Shown here: positions 49,201-58,996 of the stretch, piece after piece
Layout: each line of letters opens with the position of its first letter
How positions within the stretch are numbered: position 1 is the stretch's first letter
Origin: Octopus bimaculoides
Taxonomy: Eukaryota
Assembly: GCF_001194135.2 (NCBI RefSeq)
Contig: NC_068999.1
Location: forward strand, 29,809,435 to 29,870,019
Length of the DNA stretch: 60,585 bases
Direction: 5' to 3'
Notes under the pieces: generated by a model
The model's database searches: none
The model's input: only the letters and a program-made list of their open reading frames with translations
Told to the model about the DNA's origin: nothing
Program-made: the position numbers and the translations under genes

Positions 49201-50469
49201 ATTATAGGTATTTGTACTCCAGTACAATTAAGAAATCAACTCATAAATAAATGAAACCCTCGAATCCATCACTGTACACACATGCACATACACACACACA
49301 GTTGCATGTATGTATGTACCCACACGTGTACGAGCATAGGTACACCATGATCTAGACACGTGCAGACAAGGGACGATTCATATGAAAAAGAAAGTGAACA
49401 AAATAATATGACCACTTGCTTTTCGGGAAATTTTGTAAGTTTGATTTTTTTTTTTTTAATCTAAACAAAATTTCTTTTTGTTTTAAGATAGTCAAAACAA
49501 ATGTTCATTGTGGTGAAAATCCATTCAGCTGTTTTCCAGTGATTTTGCAAACACACAGACAAAGACAAGTGATTACAATATCCTGCTTTTGTTTACACGC
49601 GCAGGGTAATGATTATATCTAATGGGTTTCCTCGGTTTTCATCTTCCAAATTTCACTTGCAAGATCTTTTTGGTTTGACTCGATCCAATTCGTTTGATAA
49701 ACCTCTTCACAGATGTTGTTTTAGCCAATCTTGACATGCTGAGAGTTGGAACTTCTCACGGCAAGAGCCCTCCATATGACAGTTAGATTTGGTAAAAATA
49801 GCAGCCAAATCTCCCTTGAATCACAGCCAACTATCTTAAAAATGAAAGATATCTTGCAAGGGAGATATCTACATGGTAAATAGATGTATTAGAAATAGGA
49901 GCTGTATCTCTTAAAAATTAAAGGTGTTTGATCAACTTGCCAGAAATAGCAGAAAAATATTCCTCAACCACTGCTTTCTAAGGTCTGAGTTCGGGCTCAA
50001 CAATAACAAAATATCAACATTCCTACTGTCTAGTGGGTGTGGTGATGGTTTAAGGATAGTACATTGGTGTTATGGTGATGAGTGGTGGTTAACATTGTGT
50101 TAGTCTGTTGTGGGTTGCTGCTGTGATTGTCACAGTGGTGGTGATGTTGCACAAAACCATCATAACCACCACCAAATAGGAATCATAGTAGTGATGTAGA
50201 TGCTTTTTGTTGTTAAGCCCTGCGTTTCTCCTCCAGCTATGATTTGAAGATATTGCTCTACTGTATTTAGCAAGTCAATCAAAACCTTTCATTTTAAAGA
50301 TTTGGCTATTCCCAACACATCTAGCTACCATATAGAGGTTTCCCGCATTGGCTCCTTATGACAGTAGGATGTAATTTGAGAGAGATGTGGCTGCTATTTC
50401 TATAAGTTTTGCTATATTGTTTACATTATTTACATTTGATAGATATTTGTCCTCATCTTGTTTGTTGTT

Positions 50470-50512
50470 AACACGTTTCAGCTGATACACCCTCCAGCCT
50501 TCATCAGGTGTC
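50470..50512 (-). ncRNA. Minimal type I hammerhead ribozyme motif, Penelope type; cleavage triplet appears missing
   Basis: GACAC-CUGAUGA-A-GGCUG gaggguguau CAGCU-GAAA-C-GUGUU. GACAC/GUGUU forms stem I. Confidence 0.7.
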
Positions 50513-50740
50513 TTGGGGAAATTTCGAACCTGGGTTCTCATTCCTAAGATATTTTTCAATGTTGTTATTATTATTATTCAGGTCACTGCCTGGAATTGAA
50601 CTCGGAATTTGGGGGTTAAGAGCGCGAGCTACTAATCCCAAGATTCCGAGTTCAATTCTAGGCAGTGAACTGAATAATAATAATAATAATAACAACATCA
50701 TCGAAAAATACCTTTGAACCCAGGTTCGAAATTTTCCTAA

Positions 50741-50783
50741 GACACCTGATGAAAGCTGGAAGGTATATCAGCTGAAATGTGTT
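50741..50783 (+). ncRNA. Minimal type I hammerhead ribozyme motif, second copy
   Basis: GACAC-CUGAUGA-A-AGCUG gaagguauau CAGCU-GAAA-U-GUGUU. Stem II is fully Watson-Crick here (A-U where the other copy has G.U). Confidence 0.7.
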
Positions 50784-52199
50784 AACAACAAACAAGATGA
50801 GGACAAATATCTGTCAAATGTAAATAATGTACATAATTCCTCATCTCTTAAATATAGGACTGAAGTTTTGCTATTATGTAAAGGTTTACCTCATTGGCAC
50901 ATGTGCACTGTATATACATGCATAAGGCAGTAAGGATATAATTTTAAGGTTCAAAACAGTTGAATCTGGTGTATCAAACCAAAAAAAGTTATGTACAGAA
51001 TGTGCTAAAGAAATTTATACATCTTATAATAATTCTGCTTGTCATTGCATTACTTAGCTCACTGGTAATCACATGATTAGAGTAAAGGAAGGAGAGAGAA
51101 GCATCCATGATGAGAGGTAGAGGGAATGTAATTCTAACACTTTCATGTGATTAGTTGAAGAGAGGGGAGAGGAAAAGAGGATAAGGCGAAAAGTGAGGGA
51201 GAGAGAAGCATCCATGATGTGAGATAGGGAGGACGTAATATGTGGTTAAAAGAGTTAGTGAAAGGTAGAGGTGGAAAGTTAAAAATGTAATTTTAGCAGA
51301 GGGGCGATGTTCTGATTGTGAGGTTAACCCATTACCTCCCATAATTCTATTAACTGGAATTTTTTTTATGAAACTTTGATTTCTAGCATAAAACAGCCTT
51401 AGAAACATGCTGGAATGATCAAAATAACATTTTAAATAGAAATAAGCAAGATATTGGGTGAAAAATTAGCAAAATTCATTTGAATATCAGAGAAATATAC
51501 CTAGTAGATATAGCAAAAAGGTTAGATATGTGTAAATATTGACAGATAATTACGAAATTTGTAATTTTTAAGTGATCTCATATGAGATCACTGGTAGATA
51601 ATGGGTTAAAGAAAGGTAGAAAGAGGGGGGAGAGGTGGTGGTGGTGATTGGATTGTGAAAAGTGTATTTTTTTAATTGAACTAAGTTTTTTTTATATCAC
51701 CTATCACTTTATGCATGCACATAAGGGCAATTCCATGAAATATTCATACTTATTTATGTGGCAGATATTTGCAATATGAGATATTTTTTTTGTTTATGAG
51801 AAAAATGGAAAAATAAGAATGGATATTTATTTTATGTGTGCTGTGTCTATAAAATTGTGCACTAAGTAATCATCATATTCCAATTTCTTTCACTTCTCAA
51901 TGAGTAGCAGATGCGCGACTATCTTTACAGACACAATACAGACTATGCTTTCAGGTTTTTTGGATAAAGTTTTCAGAAATAACCCAATAGAGTTACCATT
52001 AACTCTGTGAAATATTAACAGGCCCCTCTAGTACATGATTATTAAATCAGCATTCATTAAAATACATTTCATTTTCAAAATTTAATAGAATCTGCTGAAG
52101 GAATTGAATTTTTTTATGAACACATGTTTTCAAACTAATGATCATTCTGGTCCAGATACTGCTGATAATATGTAACAGTGGAAACACAAACATGAAGAA

Positions 52200-52825
52200 A
52201 CATTTCATTTGGTATTTATGTGCATTTTTGTTTAATGGCTGCCTTCAATTCATCAATTATTGCTGGATTTACACTGTAAACTATCTTTTAAATAACCCCA
52301 TAAAAGGAAGTCTTACAGTGTGAGGCCTGGTGAACATAGTATCTTATTGAACTTCCTTGTCCTATCCACCCGTTTGACAACATCTCATCAAAGTTGACCC
52401 TTTGTAGGGGTGTCTCATCTTGCTGCAAATAAAACTCCACATTGTCAAAAATATGGTTTAGTTAATCCTTTTGATAAGCTGTACCATACTGTAACTCCTG
52501 ATTAGTTAACATGATATCTCTCCATAATATGCAGATTTTCTGGTCCCCAGTAGCAGTTGTGACAATTAATTGAACCATTTAATTTAAACATAGCCTCATC
52601 ACTCTGAAGAATTTTTGATGGAAAGTTTTCTGCACATTTTTGCAAGTACTGCTCACAAAACTCCACTCTGGTCCAGCGCATCTTCATTGGGGAAATGGAC
52701 TATTTTTACAATGTAACTTTTCCAATGATAGCACTTCAAAATGCGATGGACTCTTGATTTTGAAATTCCTAACTCACAATTCACTGCACTGATTTTCTTG
52801 AACATTGACATTATGCTTCTAGTAA

Positions 52826-52856
<31 letters not shown>

Positions 52857-52960
52857 GTGGGTCTCATCAATGACTGCAGTCTACTGGAACATTTCTTGTG
52901 GACATTCTGAACAGTTTCATCTGCTTCAAACTTATCTCTAATTCAAATGATGGTAAGTCA
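52200..52960 (-). mobile_element. Tc1/mariner superfamily transposase relic (maT/rosa-like)
   Basis: ORF 52502-52687 [26 protein letters not shown]. Downstream frames give YLQQDETP, GWIGQG and FLWGYLKD. Confidence 0.8.
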
Positions 52961-53329
52961 TGTAGGTGGATCTGTTTGAAATGTACACACAGAAGGTATC
53001 ATCTGCACACGTCTTGCCAGAGCTCCATTGCCTCCATAAGCAAATTCTTTGAAAGCATTCTTGAAAGAAAAGGGAAATCAGATATAAACAGGGAAATGAT
53101 CACCAAAACAATCCCAAAAGACTTAGTCACCTACATCCCATATATAATAAACTGGATGTGAATATCAACTCTGCCTCAATAAGTATGTCTGCATGTTGGT
53201 ATACCAAAAAATACTCACTTAAAGGACTATGTTATTCATGATGGATCATATATCTATCACTATTAACCAAACTACCAGATGTTGTTATACACCACTGGTT
53301 ACAATGTGCATCCTCTCTTGTAGCTGTTA

Positions 53330-53780
53330 AATGATGGTAAAGTTACCTTCTTGAGTCATGCTGACTCATAAGGGCTGGTTTCCCAATTTCCATGGCATAT
53401 AAATTCTCCACCTGGATGGGATGCTGGTCCATCACAGGATTACTAATTTTTACCAGCTGAATGGAGTAGAGCAATGTGAAATGAAGTGTTTTGCTTAAGA
53501 ACACAATGCATCGCTTAGTCCAGGAATTGAGACCACAATCTTACAATCACAAGTCCAACATCCTAACCACTAAGCCACACTGCTGAATGGAATACCAGTG
53601 TTGCAGGGTCATCCATTTACAGTTGAGTTGACTGGAGTGACATGAAACGAAGTGTTTTGCTCAAGAACATTTAACTTATGCATAGCCTCATCACTCTGAA
53701 GGAGTCTTATGGTATCTTGCTCAAGAATACTGCAAGTCTGCAATCATGAGTGCAACAGTCCTCCACTAGACCACATGCCT
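53330..53780 (-). mobile_element. Two degenerate tRNA/CORE-like SINE fragments
   Basis: Reverse complement gtggcttagtggttaggatgttggac...ttgtgttcttaagcaaaacacttcatttcac occurs at 53480-53580 and again at 53630-53780. Confidence 0.7.
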
Positions 53781-54400
53781 TCACAAACACAAATATGTTT
53801 GTATATAAAAGTATTTGTGGAGATAATTTGTAAGTTAATAGAACAGTTCTGATCTAGCAAACACGAAATGTATTTTAATAATTTGTGTACATGTTCTCAA
53901 TAAGCCTTCTTATAAGATTATTCTATGAATCAACCTTCTGCTTCAAAGCAGAACTGGAGCTGTTGATATGCCTGCACTAGACAATCCTTATTCATTTGGG
54001 ACATCACCTGGACAATGGTGACCATCAGTGAGCCTATGGTAGTTTGAGGATGTTGATTAGTCTCCCTTAGTAGTCCATAGGATTTAAATCTGGTGAGTTT
54101 GGATGTTACAAGTCTGGTGTTACATGGTCATAAAGATTGCTTGACATCCATTCTTGAGTAACATGACTTTGTGAGAAAGTGCATAGCCTCATTGAGGCAT
54201 ATATGGTCTTCCTCTGCATACTTCATTTATTCAGAGTTTAACAACTAGTCTTGGTTGAAGTTTTTCTCATCTAAGAAGAACCTAAGTATGTCTTATTCAT
54301 GAGGGTTTTTAATCTTGTTAAGTAACAGCTTAGGACTGGTTAAATGATTTTCCTGTTATTTTGCTTGTATGGATCGGTTTCTCCTCAATACATGCATCTA

Positions 54401-54760
54401 TTAAAGTTCCTCATGCACTTCAACTCTGATAGTCCACTCTGACACCTGAAATTCTCTGGTGATGGTCCTCATTAATTTCCTAGGATCATCATCGATAATA
54501 TTTTGAATCCATTGAATGAATTGTGGTGTCCTTATAGTATCCGAATATTTAGAATGTATTTTTCTCTTTGAAGCAGTTGAAACATTGCTGCCTGAGGCTT
54601 TCATTTCTAACCAAACGTTGGTACAAAAGATTTTGCTACCTTTAGAAAGTTGGCAATTTCTAAATTTCTGTGTTCTGCACATATGGTAACACTGCATTTC
54701 TTTTCATTTCTTGTGTTAGCATTTTAACTGCTATGGGTGATCTGAAAGAAATAAAAATAT
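54401..54760 (-). mobile_element. Tc1/mariner superfamily transposase N-terminal (HTH) relic
   Basis: RKIHSKYSDTIRTPQFIQWIQNIIDDDPRKLMRTITREFQVSEWTIRVEVHEEL. Confidence 0.7.
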
Positions 54761-54823
54761 TTTAATTGGTTTAAAGAGAGTAATATACTGATAATTAAGT
54801 GTACTCAAATATCCCTTGCATTC

Positions 54824-54868
<45 letters not shown>

Positions 54869-54871
<3 letters not shown>

Positions 54872-55183
54872 TGTTTCTCAACCTTTTTACCCTTGTGTAA
54901 CCCTTAAAATACATTACATGTCTCAAGGAACCCCTGCACAAAAAAAATTCTATACTATATCTTTCGCATATTTTTTCCTCATAGTTCACATGGTGTATAG
55001 ATTTATATATATATATGTATGTGTGTGTGGTTATATTTTTTTGATAACATAATAGGTTAGATAGGATGATATCCGTTACAATAACCAATATGTTGTGCAT
55101 GTATAGTATTACAATATTACAATCATGAAATTAGCATTAGCTTATCTCACTCTTTCTTGTGGAACCCCTGTTGAGAAACACTG
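54869..55183. mobile_element. hAT (Charlie-like) MITE, 315 bp, inside a (TA)n tract
   Basis: Perfect 14-bp TIRs cagtgtttctcaac / gttgagaaacactg, flanked by atatatat on both sides. Confidence 0.9.
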
Positions 55184-55199
55184 ATATATATATATATAT

Positions 55200-55615
55200 A
55201 TCATCATCATCATCGTTTAACGTCCGCTTTCCATGCTAGCATGGGTTGGACGATTTGACTGAGGACTGGTGAAACCGGATGGCAACACCAGGCTCCAATC
55301 TAATTTGGCAGAGTTTCTACAGCTGGATGCCCTTCCTAACGCCAACCACTCAGAGAGTGTAGTGGGTGCTTTTACGTGTCACCCGCATGAAAACGGCCAC
55401 GCTTGAAATGGTGTCTTTTATGTGCCACTCGCACAAGAGTCAGTCCAGGGGCACTGGCAACGATCTTGCTCGAAAACCCTACAAAGGCCAGTCAGGCAGT
55501 ATATATATATATATATGTCTGTACGTATTGTCGTCGTCGTTTAACGTCCGCTTTCCATGCTAGCATGGGTTGGACGATTTGACTGAGGACTGGTGAAACC
55601 AGATGGCTACACCAG
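55200..55615 (-). mobile_element. Two young RTE 3'UTR tails in tandem (55200-55495 and 55527-55615)
   Basis: Both begin cgtttaacgtccgctttccatgctagcatgggttggacgatttga and are near-identical to the reverse complement of 46690-46775. Confidence 0.9.
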
Positions 55616-56740
55616 GCAGGGAGAATTCACAAAAAAAAACCCAGAAAAAAACATGTGGTGTAGAAAACAAACAGATTTATTAGTATAATGCTTGGGAATT
55701 CAGAATAGCAAACAGTTCAAACAATAGACATTTTGAGTTCGGGGTCTAAGAATGGAACAGCCAGGTTTGATGTTGGTAGAAGTTATTAAAGAATTATATA
55801 TATATATATTATATGAACTTGGACATTTTTAGCTTTCAGTTGTCATTTGCTGGACATTTAAAATTTTGACTACAACAATGCTTGGAAGTCTTATTTTGCA
55901 TTCATTTTTGAAACAAAAACAGAAAATTATTAATTTTAGAAAACTCATATTAAACTTGTTAACTAGACATGTTATTAACTTCACATTCATTCACATAATG
56001 GTGCATACCATAAAGACTTGCATTTGTGACATATGCAGTTCCTCTAGTCACTGCAAATCATTTACCTTTTCTGTATGCTCTCAACTACTTTAAAACACCT
56101 CACTTCTATAGCAGTCTGGGAATGGTCATGAATATTGCTCCCTGTTCCCTGTCATCTCTCTTACTCAATTTCTATACAAGAGATGTTTATATCAATATAT
56201 CGCAATATGTGTTGTTTGTTAAACAAATTTCCCCTGCTTTCTATGTATAATTCTATCAATACTTCTACCTTATGATTGTTTTGCCTTTGCACTAATCATG
56301 TTATCCTACTGAAGTGTGTCTGTGATTGTCAAGCTTTGGTAATCCTTTCGGCCCTATTAGCTTTTTAATTGTTTTTCTCATTTAGTGTTGACAATTATTG
56401 TAATGTCATTAAAAAGTTTACATTTATTCTGCCATTTAGTAGATCTCCCAGTTATAATGTTTTCCAGAAAGGAACTAAAGCCATGAATTTGTCTTTATAT
56501 TTCATGTTATAAAGCATAAGAAAAGTATTTAGATCCTTAGATTTACATAATTGGAAAATCTGTAGAATTTTTCCTTAAATATGTGTGAACACTTTGTTTT
56601 ATATATATGTAAATCTTTTGCAGATAATTTATTACTAGTGGAACCATAGTTCATAATTCATAATTGCTCAGTACAAATATTGATTTGTTTATTAAAATAT
56701 TAAAAGTGATTATTGAAATTAAACTGGAATATCTTTATAG

Positions 56741-56964
56741 GTCATGTATCCTTGCAGAGAGATTGGTCAAATCCACTGCATGTGGATTTGTTTCTGCTCA
56801 GATTCGCTATAAACACACATTACCTGATCTCCCATATGACTACAATGCTTTAGAGCCATATATCAGTGCTGATATTATGAAACTCCACCACCAAAAACAT
56901 CATGCTACATATATCAACAATCTCAATATTGCAGAAGAGAAACTGGCTAATGCAGTAACCAAAG
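56741..56964 (+). CDS. SOD2: Mitochondrial manganese superoxide dismutase, exon 2 (224 bp, phase 2 start, phase 1 end)
   Basis: [52 protein letters not shown] is the Mn/Fe-SOD N-terminal domain, including the first metal-ligand His. Acceptor tttatag|G, donor AAAG|GTAAGA. The intron after the AKG-equivalent codon matches vertebrate SOD2 exon 2/3. Confidence 0.96.
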
Positions 56965-57137
56965 GTAAGAAAGTGTTAGTTCTCTTATATTTTCAACATC
57001 TTGTCTTGTTTAGTGACATTTGTTTCTATAGCAGAAGGACTGTTTATTTGACTTGATAGTAGTATGGTGGATAGAAGGATGAAGGCAGAAATTCACCTGA
57101 TCCATCAAAAATAATGGTTGAGCTGCTTGAAATCTCT

Positions 57138-57208
57138 GGCAGAGTAGACTATGGGGTAGTCACTATAAGGGCAGAGTAGACTATGTGGTAGTCACTATAA
57201 GGGCAGAG
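57138..57208. repeat. 32-bp tandem duplication
   Basis: ggcagagtagactatg(g/t)ggtagtcactataag twice, plus a partial third unit. Confidence 0.85.
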
Positions 57209-57214
57209 AGATGT

Positions 57215-57930
57215 GCAAGAAAGTGGAAACTACAGAGATATCAAACTGTTTGACTAGATTATGAAAGTTACAGAAAGAGTTAGAAATTAATTAGGAAAGG
57301 AATTAACCTAGTTGAAATGCAGTTTGATTTTGTGTCAGAAGTACTACTAATGTCATTTTCCTTGTGAGACAACTAAATGAGATGTTCCTAGCCATTTGTT
57401 GACTTGGAGGAGACCATTGACAGGGTTCTGTATTCAGTGATCTGCTGATTGAGAAAACTGGAGGTAGACAAATGGCTTTTATCTAGGTGACCAAATTAGT
57501 AGTGGGGTTGGATGTTCTAAAAGCATTGCAGCCAGAGTAAGAGTGGGTTGGGAAAAGTTCAAGAGACTATTATATCTGTTGATAAAAAAGCCATCTCCCT
57601 CAGATTGATGGACTATTTATGTTAAAAGTCTGATAATGCATGGTAATGAGATGTTAACCTTGGATTCAGACGATTTGCAAAGACTAGAAAGAAATGAAGT
57701 GTTCATGCTGGATGTTTAAAATTAGTGTGCATCAACAGAAAGAAAAATTGAACATGAGAAGAATGAAGTGTAGTGTGCAAGTGAGAAGGCAGCACTGATA
57801 CAGATATAATGGGATACATCTGCAAAGGGACAGTTGTATAAGGTGTAGAATGCTCAAAGTGAATGGAGCTGAAAGGAGTGAAGTGGCAATCTGAAAATGC
57901 TGAATCTCACAAAGGTGATGACAAAAAACT
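57215..57930 (+). mobile_element. Heavily degraded, internally deleted RTE LINE
   Basis: Residual gaaatgcagtttg, ctaggtgaccaaattagtagtggggttggatg and ctagaaagaaatgaag blocks are colinear with 10500-11700. Confidence 0.75.
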
Positions 57931-58584
57931 AGGTTAGTTAGTAACTATATATTTCAGTTATACTTCCTTTCTACAATCGTCCTTATCACCTACCTCCATC
58001 CTCTTTTACATGGCCTATGTATAAGAGATTGAATCTGATTCATTCTAACATCACCCTTATTTTCCCGAGCCACCCATTACTGATATCCACCTCTGTCCAA
58101 CTCCAATTTCCCCTTCTCGACTATCATACATTTTCGCGTGGTTTTGGCTATATAACTAGCACGCGCGATCGATTCCTTCACTCATTCCTAAAATCTCTGC
58201 CGAATTAATACGACCATAGAAGGATGATCAGATAAGTTTCTCCGTCTTATAGCCATGCTTATACTTTCTATTTATTTATGCCATGATCCGTAAATACCTG
58301 ACACATTGCTTATTTCTGTTGTCCAAAACGATGTCGGCAAATTCACTCATTTATTCAAGTGTCATGTTTTCAGTGGTATTTTCTCACATAGTCACTTATC
58401 TCTATAACTCTATCTTAGAGTTAGCTGGCCGAAAACCATTATCTCTCTATCCTATATTGCTTTGGCCTAACCCTCTCTGCTTTACTCTGTCTCTTTCGAT
58501 ATCTGCTTTGCTATGTCTCTCTCGACCTCACTCCCTAGTTACCTAGCTGTCTATCTCTCTATCTCTCTACTCCTCCCACCCCTT

Positions 58585-58876
58585 CCACCAGTACCGGAAG
58601 TCCCTATCTTCTACACCAGTACTGGAAGTTTCTATCTTCTACACCAGTACCGGTAGTTCCTATCTTCTACACCAGTACCGGTAGTTCCTATCTTCTACAC
58701 CAGTACCGGTAGTTCCTATCTTCTACACCAGTACCGGTAGTTCCTATCTTCTACACCAGTACCGGTAGTTCCTATCTTCTACACCAGTACCGGTAGTTCC
58801 TATCTTCTACACCAGTACCGGTAGTTCCTATCTTCTACACCAGTACCGGTAGTTCCTATCTTCCTCACCAGTACCG
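58585..58876. repeat. 28-bp minisatellite, about 10.4 units (caccagtaccggtagttcctatcttcta)
   Basis: Unit starts at 58585, 58613, 58641 ... 58865. The inner eight units are identical. Confidence 0.97.
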
Positions 58877-58996
58877 TGACTGTCCCCCATGAACACTTCT
58901 AAAGACTTCCCACCCCCACTTAGGGTTTATCCCCTATGTAAGGTAGAGATCATATGGTGCAAAATACGATAGTATAGTAGATGCTGGCTGAAAGGA

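Larger units (their letters stand above)
50422..50842. mobile_element. Fold-back element: two inverted copies of a tRNA-headed, hammerhead-bearing short retroelement
   Basis: Arms of about 200 bp (50422-50620 / 50630-50831). B box GTTCAATTC at 50650-50658 and, on the minus strand, 50593-50601. (AAT)n spacer, then a hammerhead motif in each arm. Confidence 0.85.

Noticed and set aside
56664-57056. 130-aa ORF taken as a complete SOD protein
   Set aside because: Only 56741-56964 is SOD-like and it is bounded by AG/GT. The flanks are intron read-through.
58585-58876. 28-bp repeats with a palindromic core, superficially CRISPR-like
   Set aside because: The units are contiguous with no unique spacers, there are no cas genes, and the context is eukaryotic.
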